Positions 10,249-21,094 of a stretch of DNA of 64,000 nt are shown piece after piece; position 1 is the first letter of the stretch, and each line of letters opens with the position of its first letter. The stretch lies in contig CBDAOC010000019.1 of assembly GCA_965197925.1 (NCBI GenBank), positions 448,001 through 512,000 on the forward strand. Direction: 5' to 3'. The notes beneath the pieces were generated by a model, which saw nothing but the letters and a program-made list of their open reading frames with translations, was not told the origin of the DNA and did no database searches. Origin of the DNA: Nitrososphaerales archaeon. GTDB lineage: Archaea; Thermoproteota; Nitrososphaeria; Nitrososphaerales; UBA213. Position numbers and translations under genes: made by a program.

Positions 10249-10554
10249 TTACAGTGTAGTTATATTATCATGGGAATAAGCCAGGGTTTCATGCCTGGGG
10301 AGGTTCTGCATCCAGAGGGCGATGATCTTGATTGGAATTTTATAGGTTACCCCCTTGCGTTCTATTGTGACAGAGATGTTGTGCTCCGGGAACAACATGA
10401 ATCTTTCCGCCTGCCGCCTGTATTGTCTTGCCGCAAGATTTAATGTGCCTTCCAGCCACCTGTTATTTTTTTTGTACAGCCTGACCTTGCCGAAACAGCA
10501 TACACACCGATCCTCGATTACGCTGGCATGATGCCTGCAGTTCTCACAGAACAC
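10249..10554 (-). CDS. Hypothetical protein with N-terminal Zn finger
   Basis: CENC...CVCC; start uncertain. Confidence 0.5.
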   Translation of the reverse strand: MFCENCRHHASVIEDRCVCCFGKVRLYKKNNRWLEGTLNLAARQYRRQAERFMLFPEHNISVTIERKGVTYKIPIKIIALWMQNLPRHETLAYSHDNITTL

Positions 10555-10616
10555 TACATGCCTTCGTCTATCTTTAAAACTTGATTTGAGTTTTCTGCAT
10601 TTAATTTGAACACTGT

Positions 10617-10997
10617 TTATTCCTGCCCATCCTTGGGGGCAAACATCTTGTTGATGTCTTTCTTGCCCTTTACATCACCATCGTACTCATAGCGCACCTT
10701 GGTCTGTGTCAGCTCCTTTATCAAGGCACCATTGATTGACCTGGTCGCAGTCAGTGACCTGATGAACAGGTTGTAATAATCCCTTGCAAGGTGCCTTAGT
10801 TTCGGCGGCAGTGCATGAATCAATAACGGTATGTGCTCTATCTCAAAAACTACCAGGGGAAGTGCATCCGTGCTTATCATTGAAGAGTAGAGCTGTCTCA
10901 GGAGATCCGGGTAGTAGCTATCGCCCTGCCTGTTGCTGTTGCTCTCCTGTATAAGTTCCATCAGCCTATCGCTGGACATGTCCTGGTTATGCAGCAC
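10617..10997 (-). CDS. Hypothetical protein of the integrated element
   Basis: 126-aa ORF co-oriented with its neighbours. Confidence 0.55.
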   Translation of the reverse strand: MLHNQDMSSDRLMELIQESNSNRQGDSYYPDLLRQLYSSMISTDALPLVVFEIEHIPLLIHALPPKLRHLARDYYNLFIRSLTATRSINGALIKELTQTKVRYEYDGDVKGKKDINKMFAPKDGQE

Positions 10998-11015
10998 ATG
11001 GTTATAACGTTGAAA

Positions 11016-12031
11016 TTAGATTGCGTCATTCACGGTTGTCTTTTCCTGTGCCACCCTGACCAGGGTTTCATGTCGTTTTTTCCTTTCCTGCCATAACTCC
11101 TCACGCAGTATTTTCTCAACCTCTTCCCAGTCAATTTTGCATTCATGTGCATACCTGTTTATCGCATTGAATATAGAGCGTGTCCTGCTTTCAATTGCAC
11201 CGGTTCTATTCTGGTTGAAGTATAGGTACCACCACAGGCATGCCCATACCTTGTCCCGGCCATTTTCTGCGAGCAATTTATCCATGAGATCCCTTGCAGG
11301 CATTTCCGCCCCGTGAAAATCCTTGGCGCACTTGTTGCATCCATCCCGGTAATAGAGTATACCATGTAATTTACCTAGCTCACTAATCAATGCAATGCGG
11401 AATGGGTTGTGCGTGTGATAAGTGTATTTTCCTATCCTGAACTGCTTGCGCAGCAGCATCGAGCGGTACAGCCTGGTGAACCTGTGCAGTTTCATTGCGT
11501 TCTTGTACCCAAATAACTTCTGGAAGTTGTCCATCTCCTCATCCGATATCGAGGTAACAATCTTGAAATCCGTGTCACGGAAGAACTTCTCAAGTGCCTT
11601 GCTATAGTGGATGTTCATGAACACGATTACCGGGTTCCTCACCTCGTGCCTTATCGTCGTCAGGCCTGCCGCCAGCTTGTTGCGCTCGGGTTCAGACATC
11701 TCTGCAAAGGTATAACTGGCATCATCGAATTTCAATATTGATGGTGCCTTTGGCATCTTCTTTATGATGTTGTGAACATCCATCAGTTCATCCGCCCCGT
11801 AATCGTAGACTGCAAAGTTCTTCCTCTCATGCAGCAAGTGGGATAACAGGGAAATTATCGTGTTTTTCCGGACCCGCTGTGCCCTATCGATAGTATGCCC
11901 GTGTAGCCGCTTAATGAGTTGTGGTTGAGGATATTGTTGATTACCAGGTTCGGTGAGTGCTTCTGCAGGATTGGGATGCCTAGCAGCGTCGTGGTCCTCT
12001 CACCGAAACGCTGTTGTTCTTGGTCGCTCAT
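11016..12031 (-). pseudogene. P-loop ATPase with a single frameshift just after Walker A
   Basis: ATG 12031 MSDQEQQRF...ILSIGHSGSGKT then stop; the adjacent frame continues IISLLSHLLHER...ILKFDDAS (Walker B); break at about 11860. Confidence 0.75.
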
Positions 12032-12311
12032 AATTCCATATCCTTGAATGTGCTCTGGAGGTATTCGCTGATGGTATCTTCCAGTTTTGGCAGTGCGTCG
12101 TTAGCCCACTCCACTGGGCAATGCCCATTGACGACGGTCTTGTATCATCCCTGCTCGGTGGCCTGGGTAGTTTACACCGTGCTGGTTTTGGCAGGACGCT
12201 GTTCATTGCGTTGATGCATAGCATGATATCATATACCTTGCCCTGCTGGATGGCAAATACTATGCCCTGCCTGTATTGTTGTAGTGCCGTTGTAAGTATC
12301 TGTAGCCCCAT
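12000..12311 (-). CDS. Hypothetical protein, possibly frameshifted
   Basis: First ORF of the minus-strand cassette. Confidence 0.4.
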   Translation of the reverse strand: MGLQILTTALQQYRQGIVFAIQQGKVYDIMLCINAMNSVLPKPARCKLPRPPSRDDTRPSSMGIAQWSGLTTHCQNWKIPSANTSRAHSRIWNYERPRTTAFR

Positions 12312-12494
12312 GTAGTAGTAGTAGTAGGGGGAGGTAGTTAATGACGTTGAAAAGCATTATAACATATTATATATATTATAGGCACTTCGTTCCTTCGTAT
12401 CGTCTGGCTACCCCCTGAAAAATGTTAATGTTTTTGACTTATTACTTAACTTTTTTAGTTCACTTTAACTGTTCCAGAACAGTTAATATCCCGT

Positions 12495-12569
12495 AATTTA
12501 GGTAGCCCCCTTTACGTAAAGAGGGCTACCTAGTACACACCTTTTTGCAAAAGGGGGGCTACCTAAATT
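12495..12569. repeat. Nested palindromes/inverted repeats
   Basis: 34-bp near-perfect palindrome TAGGTAGCCCCCTTTACGTAAAGAGGGCTACCTA (12499-12532); outer IR AATTTAGGTAGCCCCC / GGGGGCTACCTAAATT. Confidence 0.85.
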
Positions 12570-12607
12570 GAAAAACCTGTTAACTTCCCCCTACTTTATG
12601 CCAAACG

Positions 12608-13627
12608 TCAAGTTACAGGCACGTTATTCCCGATATACTGTCTTCTAGATTTATTTCCATACTTTATTGGTGAATCTTTTTCCCAAGCTACATACTCCCA
12701 TTTCCAATGTGTATGATTATTGTCATATTCAACCATAGCATGATTCGATGTATTCACAAAAACCACAGGATTGTTTTTTGAAAGATACCAATGCAATATT
12801 GATCTTTCAGGTGCAGGAGGTTCATCCTCATGTATACTGTCATAATAAAGGCAGTAGCCTCCACTGTGAATATCTTCAAAAATAAAATGAATAGCTACAT
12901 TATTTTCTGACTTGATCTTGAATGACTCAATATCCTTTATTCTACCATATCTTATCTTCCGATAAAGTCTATAAGGCCAATCGAAGACCCAATGTTTTCG
13001 AAGCCTTTCATCGTTAAAAACCAAGGATATATCAAAGTATCCGTTGTTATTATTATGACAATGAATTTCACGCAGGAAATTTTTCCAAGCATCTACATAC
13101 GGCTGGTAAATTACTGGTATTAGCCTGTCATCAGGAGGAGAACCTGTATCAAAAATAACATCATGACCTTCTTTCCTCGGTTTTTTTGAAACATATTCCA
13201 ATTCTTCAAACAAATTCTCAAGAGAATCGTCCCTTTCTCCTTCAAGTTGCCAAATCTCACATTGATCAAGGGATCTATCATCTTTCTCAAGGTCATTTTC
13301 TATTTTCAGCTTGATTACTTGTCTTTGATTTTCAGTTTGAGGAATGTTATTTCCAATTAGTGCTTCTGATACTAGCTTTGGTCTTTCAAAATTGATCACT
13401 ATTACACTCATCATTGAATCAACCGAAATCTCTCTCTGTTTAAATCTGCTGTAAATTCTCTCCCTCCTCCTAATTACCACTCTTACCTTTTGATTTCCAA
13501 GTGGTATTAAAGTAAACCTACAATTATCCCAATTCCAACTGCTTTTCTCTTTTGTCCAAAATTCCTCAAAACTTTTCTTTTTAGGTTCGTATTTTTCTTG
13601 GGTATAAGAAAACCAAAGATTTCCCAT
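12608..13627 (-). CDS. Hypothetical protein (339 aa, Trp/His-rich C-terminal half)
   Basis: Long ORF; motifs YGRIKDIESF, VNTSNHAM; no family recognised. Confidence 0.7.
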   Translation of the reverse strand: MGNLWFSYTQEKYEPKKKSFEEFWTKEKSSWNWDNCRFTLIPLGNQKVRVVIRRRERIYSRFKQREISVDSMMSVIVINFERPKLVSEALIGNNIPQTENQRQVIKLKIENDLEKDDRSLDQCEIWQLEGERDDSLENLFEELEYVSKKPRKEGHDVIFDTGSPPDDRLIPVIYQPYVDAWKNFLREIHCHNNNNGYFDISLVFNDERLRKHWVFDWPYRLYRKIRYGRIKDIESFKIKSENNVAIHFIFEDIHSGGYCLYYDSIHEDEPPAPERSILHWYLSKNNPVVFVNTSNHAMVEYDNNHTHWKWEYVAWEKDSPIKYGNKSRRQYIGNNVPVT

Positions 13628-13879
13628 TATGTTAACATAAGTTTGTACCGATAGATAAGTGATTTCAGGATAATTTCAAGGGTTGTTTTTCATGATAAAT
13701 TTGTCTCCATAATTACAAAAGGTATCAAGATCCCTTAACAACAATATAATCAAATTGGGGTCTAATAGTATTTGAACAATTGATCTACTGTATCGAATAA
13801 TCAACCAGAAGATCGTGAATATTTGATAGAATGTGATTGTGATCAGTTATTATAATTGAGATTCATCCCTGATAGGAAT

Positions 13880-14740
13880 TAGAAAAGGTATTATGTACTG
13901 GTACGAGTGAGAGATACTTCTTGATATGGATTTCATAGATTCACGGCCGGCTAATTAGTGAGAATAAATGAAGGTAAAGTAAGCAAGCAATTCGTGTATC
14001 TAGAATCATTCCTAGCGATGCTTTCTGTTGTGCAGGCTTATCTGCTAACAAACAGGCAGTTAGAAGGATTCACAAGGATGTTAACCAAAAATGTTGACCG
14101 TTCAGATACACCTGAATTCACAAACATAGCATGGAAAGTAGCGAAGATGGATATTAAGATAGACCCATCAATTATGGAAGAGGCTGTTATTATAATAGCT
14201 GCAGATTCCTCTTGCATAAAGGTAGAAAACAGGGGAGAATGGACAAGGAAGAAGTGGTATGTATGGGGATTCATCAAGATGCGTACAGCTATAGGTAAGG
14301 AAAGCAAAGAGATAGTTGTAAAGAGGGTAACTAGGAATGTACCTGAAGGCAAGAAGATGATACCCATGATATAAGGTGTTGAAGATAGGTATCGTGACCA
14401 AAGTGATACTAGATGGGGCTTATCATTCTAGAAGGAACTTCAGATTCCTTATCGATAACTATATTGAATCCACTGATAAAGATGAGAAGATTGCATCGCT
14501 CAAAGCAAAAGGAGGTATATGACCAGGAAGCTATCAGTACCAAAGCAGTAGGAGGATTTTGATGCATGGAAGAAGAATCATGAATATGGACATAGATGGG
14601 CTGCAGTATCGGTTTTCTCTGCATTCAAGGTATTTTTGGTGAACATATGAGGGCAGTCAAATGGTAGAATATGGTAAAGGAACTAATGCTAAACGCATTC
14701 ATATACAACATGTTCATTGCAATGAATCCAAAAAGGTTTG
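13880..14740 (+). pseudogene. Decayed IS5-family (IS903-like) transposase
   Basis: IAADSSCIKVENRGEWTRKKW...GFIK; multiple stops and frameshifts; limits approximate. Confidence 0.75.
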
Positions 14741-14833
14741 GATAATGCTATAATATAGTAATTATTCGACATAGTGGATATTCCGAAATCTTCATAAGGC
14801 ATTTCAAACTATAAGATGAATCGATAATAATGG

Positions 14834-16198
14834 GTGGACCTGTTTGGAGAAATTAACCCAGACCGCATAAGATTTAAGCGCTTATTCGTAAATGAGAAAC
14901 CTTTTGAATTATATCAAAAACTACAGTCAAAATATAAATATGCATTTATTTTAGAATCATTAACAGGACCGAAAGAAATGTCGGAAATGTCAGTAATAGG
15001 ATTCGACCCCATGTTAATTATTACTGCTAATGAAGGCAAGCTTGCAATAACAGACTATGATGGTAATGAGGAAAAATACGAGGTCACGGAGCCAATGGAG
15101 CAAATTCGTAAATTAATACCTATAGTAAAAGATGACACCTTTAGGTACTTGGGTGGCGCAGTTGGTTATGTGAGTTATGATGCGGTAAGATATTGGGAGA
15201 ATATACCAATGAAGCATGTGAGGACTGGTTACCCAGATATTGAGTTTGGAATATACACTGACGGTATATTATTCAACCATATAGACAATCGAGTTTATTA
15301 CTTCTATTTAGATAAATCTCGAATAGACGATGTAGAGTTTGATGATGCTACTAATGATTCATTCATCTATAATGAACCAACAAGAAATGTTAACGAAGAT
15401 AAATTTGGAAAGATGGTGGATAGAGCGAAGGAATACATTTATGATGGTAACATATACCAAGTGGTTCTCTGCAAGCGGTTCAATTTCAATATAGAGGGAA
15501 ATCCTATATTGGTTTACGAGAAACTTAGAGAAATTAACCCATCACCCTACATGTATTGTCTGAAGATGGCTGATAGATCTATAATTGGGTCGAGTCCAGA
15601 AATGTTGGTAAGGGTAAACGCCAGCAATATAGAAACATTTCCTATTGCTGGTACAAGGGCAACCAGCGTTCATCCTGAAAAAAATATGCAGTTAAGAGAA
15701 GATATGCTTAATGACGAGAAAGAACTTGCGGAGCATACTATGCTAGTTGATCTTGCAAGAAATGATATAGGGAGGGTATGCAGGTGGGGCACCGTTAAGG
15801 TTGATCAGTTAATGACAGTGAAAGAGTTCAGTCATGTACAACATTTAGTTTCTCATGTTGTCGGGAAGCTTAAGAATAACTATGATTCTTATGATGCGTT
15901 CAAGAGTGTATTTCCCGCAGGGACAGTTTCTGGGGCACCAAAAGTGAGGGCAATGGAGATAATTGATGAACTTGAAACTGACGCAAGAGGACCATACGCA
16001 GGCGCACTCGGATACTTTTCATTAAATGGAAACTGTGACTTTGCTATCGTTATAAGGTCAATGTTTGTAAATTCGAATAAAGCATTTATACAGGCAGGAG
16101 CAGGGATTGTCGCTGATTCAGATCCTGAAAAGGAATGGATGGAAACAGAACATAAAGTAAACGCTTTGATGGAAGCTCTGATGAGGGCATCTAAATGA
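14834..16198 (+). CDS. trpE: Anthranilate synthase component I
   Basis: NPSPYMY, SSPEML, PIAGT, EHTMLVDLARND, FPAGTVSGAPK. Confidence 0.93.
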   Translation: MDLFGEINPDRIRFKRLFVNEKPFELYQKLQSKYKYAFILESLTGPKEMSEMSVIGFDPMLIITANEGKLAITDYDGNEEKYEVTEPMEQIRKLIPIVKDDTFRYLGGAVGYVSYDAVRYWENIPMKHVRTGYPDIEFGIYTDGILFNHIDNRVYYFYLDKSRIDDVEFDDATNDSFIYNEPTRNVNEDKFGKMVDRAKEYIYDGNIYQVVLCKRFNFNIEGNPILVYEKLREINPSPYMYCLKMADRSIIGSSPEMLVRVNASNIETFPIAGTRATSVHPEKNMQLREDMLNDEKELAEHTMLVDLARNDIGRVCRWGTVKVDQLMTVKEFSHVQHLVSHVVGKLKNNYDSYDAFKSVFPAGTVSGAPKVRAMEIIDELETDARGPYAGALGYFSLNGNCDFAIVIRSMFVNSNKAFIQAGAGIVADSDPEKEWMETEHKVNALMEALMRASK

Positions 16199-16782
16199 AA
16201 CTACTTGTGATAGATAACTACGATTCATTTACTTACAATTTAGCACAACTATTAGGAGAGTTAAAAACGGAACCAATAGTCATAAGAAATGATATGATAA
16301 CTTTGGAGGAGGTAGATAAAATGAACCCAGATGCTATTGTAATATCCCCAGGACCGGGACATCCTGCCAATAAGAGAGATTTTGGTGTTTGCGCAGATAT
16401 TATAACTAAACTCGGATCCAAATTTCCCATACTAGGCGTATGTCTAGGACACCAAGGTATAATGCATCTCTACGGGGGGATTGTAGGTCACGCGAAGAAG
16501 TTAAGACATGGTAAAACAAGTTATATTGAACATTGGAACACAGATATCTTCGAGGGTCTAACCAATCCTTTCAGGGCTACAAGGTACCACTCACTCGTAG
16601 CTATGTCTAATGCCATACCAAAATGTATAGAAGTCACTGCAAGATCCCTTGACGATGGTGAGATCATGGGGGTAAGGCATAAAGAGCACTTAATAATGGG
16701 TGTTCAATTTCATCCAGAATCTATTCTGACTCATGAGGGTAATAAACTCCTCACGAATTTTCTAAAGCTGGTGAAACGATGA
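16195..16782 (+). CDS. trpG: Anthranilate synthase component II
   Basis: IDNYDSFTYN, SPGPG, GVCLGHQ, RYHSL, QFHPES. Confidence 0.95.
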   Translation: MKLLVIDNYDSFTYNLAQLLGELKTEPIVIRNDMITLEEVDKMNPDAIVISPGPGHPANKRDFGVCADIITKLGSKFPILGVCLGHQGIMHLYGGIVGHAKKLRHGKTSYIEHWNTDIFEGLTNPFRATRYHSLVAMSNAIPKCIEVTARSLDDGEIMGVRHKEHLIMGVQFHPESILTHEGNKLLTNFLKLVKR

Positions 16783-17837
16783 TTAGAGACTCGATGAAAA
16801 AATTAGAGGAGCGTCAATCCCTGAAATATGATGAAATGATGGAATGTATGTGTGAAATAATGGAAGGGAATATTGATGATATGTCTATAGCTAACTTCCT
16901 ACTTGCATTGAAAATTAAAGGGGAAACGGTCGATGAATTGAAGGCAATGTTCAGCGTAATGAACGAGTACAGTATCAAGATAAGACCAGTGGTAAGGGGC
17001 AGCCTAATTGATACTTGTGGTACTGGTGGGGACAAGATAAAGACATTCAACATCAGCACTGCGGCTGCTTTCATTGCAGCTGGTGCTGGCGTAAATGTAG
17101 CTAAACATGGAAACAGATCTTCATCTGGTTTGTGTGGAAGTGCTGATGTTTTGGAGTTTTATGGATTTGACCTGAATACCGAACCTGGTATGGTAGAAAA
17201 ATCTATAGAACAACTGGGAATAGGGTTTATGTTTGCACCAAAGTTCCACCCCGCAATGAAGAACGCTTCAAATGCAAGGAAACAACTTGGAACCAAGACC
17301 GCTTTCAACATCCTTGGTCCTTTGAGCAATCCTGCAAACATAAATGCACAAGTTGTAGGGGTTTCCAATGTTGAGTTGATAGACAAGATCATACAACTTC
17401 TAAGAGAAGAAGGTAGGGAACAAGCAATGGTATTTCACTCCATTGATGGTTTTGATGAAATATCGAATACATGCGCTAACCAGATGGTGTGGTTAAGAAA
17501 TGACAATGTAGAGAAATTCGATCTTAATCCTACTAGTTTCAACGTATCTATTGCTGAGGTTACTGATCATAGTGTGTATAGCAAAAAGCAATCAGCAGAA
17601 TATACATTTAGGGTATTGAACGGAACCGCGGATGAGAAAAAAACTGACATAGTTCTCCTGAATGCAGCTGCAGCACTGGTAGTTGCAGATAAAGTTGACT
17701 CATTTAAAGATGGTATAGAACTTGCGAGAAAGACTGTTCAGAATGGAGAAGCCTATGAGAAGCTAAGATCCTTGGTCAAATTCTGTGGTGATATGGGGGT
17801 GTTGGAGGAGATCGAAAAAAAATGGGAAAATTCCTGA
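16779..17837 (+). CDS. trpD: Anthranilate phosphoribosyltransferase
   Basis: DTCGTGGD, NIST, KHGNRS, GSADVLE. Confidence 0.96.
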   Translation: MIRDSMKKLEERQSLKYDEMMECMCEIMEGNIDDMSIANFLLALKIKGETVDELKAMFSVMNEYSIKIRPVVRGSLIDTCGTGGDKIKTFNISTAAAFIAAGAGVNVAKHGNRSSSGLCGSADVLEFYGFDLNTEPGMVEKSIEQLGIGFMFAPKFHPAMKNASNARKQLGTKTAFNILGPLSNPANINAQVVGVSNVELIDKIIQLLREEGREQAMVFHSIDGFDEISNTCANQMVWLRNDNVEKFDLNPTSFNVSIAEVTDHSVYSKKQSAEYTFRVLNGTADEKKTDIVLLNAAAALVVADKVDSFKDGIELARKTVQNGEAYEKLRSLVKFCGDMGVLEEIEKKWENS

Positions 17838-18616
17838 AGACATTGGTAGATAATGCTAAGAAAGCAATTGATGACCAGAATTACGATTTAAATTTCACAA
17901 TTTACAAACCAGTATTGAGTATGAAAAATGCTATTAAAAACTGTGAATTTGTTCCAATACTGGGAGAAATAAAATTTGCGTCACCATCAGTTGGCGTTAT
18001 AAGAGAGTATGCATCCCCCCAAAATATAGCTGCCGATATGATAGAAGCTGGATGCATAGGATTATCGGTATTGACACAGCCTTATTTATTCAACGGTTCA
18101 GTAGACTATCTTGCTAACATTAGAATGATAACTAACGCCCCTATACTTATGAAGGACATAATAATTAGTGAAATTCAGGTTGAAGCTGCAAAGAAGATAG
18201 GCGCTGACTGTATATTACTTATAGCTTCTATATTCAACGAAAATTTATGCCAAAATAGCATAGATTATTTTACAGAAAAGGCACATAAACTCGGGTTGGA
18301 AGTTCTGCTAGAGACTCATACGGAGGCGGAATTTAAACTGGGAATGGAAACATATGTAGATCTAGTAGGAATAAACAATAGAAATTTGGATACCATGAAT
18401 GTTGATATTAGGACTACTGGAAAAATACTTAAGGGATGTGAGAAGAAGAAATTTGTGATAAGCGAGAGCGGGGTATCTCAAGCTGATCAAATAAGGTACC
18501 TTGTAGGTGTTGGCGTTGATGCGTTTCTCATCGGAACAAGCATTATGCAATCCAATAGTATTCAGGACAAGGTAAGAGAACTAGTAATGGCTGAAGTGCC
18601 TAAAAAAGGCAGTTAA
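17822..18616 (+). CDS. trpC: Indole-3-glycerol phosphate synthase
   Basis: EIKFASPS, LSVLT, MKD, GINNRNL, SESG. Confidence 0.95.
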   Translation: MGKFLKTLVDNAKKAIDDQNYDLNFTIYKPVLSMKNAIKNCEFVPILGEIKFASPSVGVIREYASPQNIAADMIEAGCIGLSVLTQPYLFNGSVDYLANIRMITNAPILMKDIIISEIQVEAAKKIGADCILLIASIFNENLCQNSIDYFTEKAHKLGLEVLLETHTEAEFKLGMETYVDLVGINNRNLDTMNVDIRTTGKILKGCEKKKFVISESGVSQADQIRYLVGVGVDAFLIGTSIMQSNSIQDKVRELVMAEVPKKGS

Positions 18617-18639
18617 TTTAATTTTATTATAATTACGAT

Positions 18640-19036
18640 TTCCCGGAGATAGAAGAAGGTGAAAGTGGAAGAGATACATGGAACACATTTACCATAAGGG
18701 TGAAAAGATAGTAAGCAGGAATTTGAACAAAGCATAGTTATGGATTGTAGAAAGAAATGCTTCTTGGCATAAGGTTTAGAAAGTTATTGATAAGGTTCGA
18801 GAAGAAGGATGAGAAATTTCAGACATTAATAGTACTGGCTAACTGTATACTAGTGTATCGAGTGATACAGTGGCAGTCTCATAAACATGTTATTACAGCT
18901 ATTTCTAGCACCTACCATCTACCATACCAACAAGGTCATTAAAAATTAAACTAGGCATTATCAAGCTATATTCTTGGGTATCAATACTTATTTCTACTAA
19001 TTGTTAATTATCAGATAGAATTTTGGGATAAACCCT
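18640..19036 (+). pseudogene. 3' remnant of the IS5 element also found at 30279-31322
   Basis: RFRKLLIRFEKK; homologous non-coding tail and degenerate right end TAGAATTTTGGGATAAACCC. Confidence 0.75.
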
Positions 19037-19137
19037 AATCGCATTGTCCTACTTAGGACATCCTTATCAATAAAGGAATTTGTATTTTAAAGTATCAATT
19101 CACAAACTTAATTAGATAAAGTCTCTACATTAGTTTA

Positions 19138-19689
19138 TTGCTAAGATTGGAGAAAATGGGGTTGAGTATAGGGGTTATCTTTGCAAGCGTTATGGTAATA
19201 TTTGCTATCAACCCTATGCAAGATACGGATGATCTTGTCGTAAATTCTGTTAATGAAGAAATTATCAAGCAGAGGGGATCTTTAGGAGAAATTCAAGAAA
19301 GTAATTATGGAGAAGTAGTGTTGAATTATAACAAGCGGCTGCAAGAGATATCTGACTCTCATAACAGTTTATGGAATAGATGGGAGAATAAAGAAATTAC
19401 AGCTGAAGATTACAGTAAAACCACTCTGGTTGAAATGGAGACGATTATTAATCTTGCAGAGAAGATAAGTATTAACATTCCACAAGAATGGGAAGAATTC
19501 TCCAAATACGCGCGGTATCATGTAACGGAATATTTATCATATTTACAGTTAACTTATATGTATGCGAAAGGGGTCGAATCAGGTTCTCTAGAATCATCAT
19601 TGGTAGAGATAGAAAGGGCGATGACAAATCGTCTGGATGCATCTGATCATTATCTTGCACTTGCTAAAGACACAATGCCCGAAACTTAA
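19138..19689 (+). CDS. Hypothetical membrane-anchored protein
   Basis: N-terminal hydrophobic segment, helical remainder. Confidence 0.65.
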   Translation: MLRLEKMGLSIGVIFASVMVIFAINPMQDTDDLVVNSVNEEIIKQRGSLGEIQESNYGEVVLNYNKRLQEISDSHNSLWNRWENKEITAEDYSKTTLVEMETIINLAEKISINIPQEWEEFSKYARYHVTEYLSYLQLTYMYAKGVESGSLESSLVEIERAMTNRLDASDHYLALAKDTMPET

Positions 19690-19912
19690 TCAAAAAGAAT
19701 TATCTTATTTTGTACGGTGTAGTTAATATTTGAAATAATTTCCTACTTATCCCCATTGGGCTGATAATGGATGATGTAGATTTGTAATCAGTCGTAGCAA
19801 CTATACAATACTGCTGTACCAAGATGAATTTTCTTTATTATTTTAGAAAATAATTTTCAGCATAAGATCCAAAATGGAATTGAATATAACTTAATTTGTT
19901 TGATGATTATCT

Positions 19913-20999
19913 GAGGCTTGGGCGTAATTTAGTTCGAAACGATAAGATCAGGTTCTAGTTTTTATTGTTGATATGTTTAGCTCAGACTCGATACTTCTTC
20001 ATATATTATTTTTGATTGACGTGATTCGGACAAAACCTAATAGGAAAAGAGGTAGACCATTCTACTATTCTCCTACAGTTATGGTAGATGCTTCATCGTT
20101 AGAGTATGGGTAAGAATACCAGGCAACAATGTGTTACATCAATATTTTTCGTTAGACATGCCATACAACAGGAAGGTAATGAAGGCATGTGGTCTTAATA
20201 GATTACCAGACAGAAGAACATTCGACAGAAGGTTCAAGACCATATCAATTGACATAAGATCAAGGATAGGTGCTATGGGTATGCTCTTCATAAAAGATGG
20301 GTTGGTAGACCCAGCCATAGTATCCGTTGACAGTTCATTGTTGAAAGCAAAGGGACATGTATGGCATAGATCAAACATGAAGAAGAATGAAGTGCCACGC
20401 TCCGGTATAGATACAGATGCTCGATGGGGATTCAGCAGAACCAAGGATGGATATTCGGATACAAGATGCATCTAGCATGTAGCACAGGTTCGTTGATAGT
20501 TCCATTATCAGCTGATTTCACAACAGCTAACATTACTGATAACAAGATGTATGAAAGCATAACATCTTCATTGCCTACAGGAATGGTAAGGTATGTTGTA
20601 GGAGATGAAGGATATGATGATCACAAGTTATGTGATTTCAGCAGGTATAGAGGGCATCCAGTATTCCCATTGGAAAGGTACAAGCATACTACAGATAATA
20701 ATAGACTGGCATTGCTGCAGTTCTATAACTCTGAATTTGGACAGCATGTATATTCTCGGAGGAGCATAAGCGTTGAGCCATTGATAGAGCAGATAAAGGA
20801 TGTATTTGATATAGACCCACTACCTGTTAGAGGATTTGATAAGGTAAGGAGTATAGTGTTGTTATCAGTATTGTTGTATCAGGTAATGGTTTACTACAAC
20901 TACTTGACAGGAAGGCCTCTTAGGGCATTGAAGTATATGTTGGGAAACTAATAGTAATAATTTCAAAATAATATTATAATTGAATTATGCCCAAGTCTC
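19913..20999 (+). mobile_element. IS with DDE transposase (frameshifted), family A copy 1
   Basis: TIR GAGGCTTGGGCGTAATT / AATTATGCCCAAGTCTC; SVDSS, GYKMH, GDEGYD, RSISVEP in broken frames. Confidence 0.9.
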
Positions 21000-21094
21000 A
21001 AATAATTATTGAATTATTATGTAAATGTCGTCAAATGGGGAGGTTCAAAGAAACCTGGGAGTACTTATTAATAGAATAGAATGAAGGTTTACAC

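Larger units (their letters stand above)
8382..12600. mobile_element. Decayed virus/plasmid-like integrated element
   Basis: Visibly more GC-rich than its flanks; integrase-like gene, RHH pair, Zn-finger micro-ORFs, P-loop ATPase, palindromic non-coding end; boundaries approximate. Confidence 0.65.
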
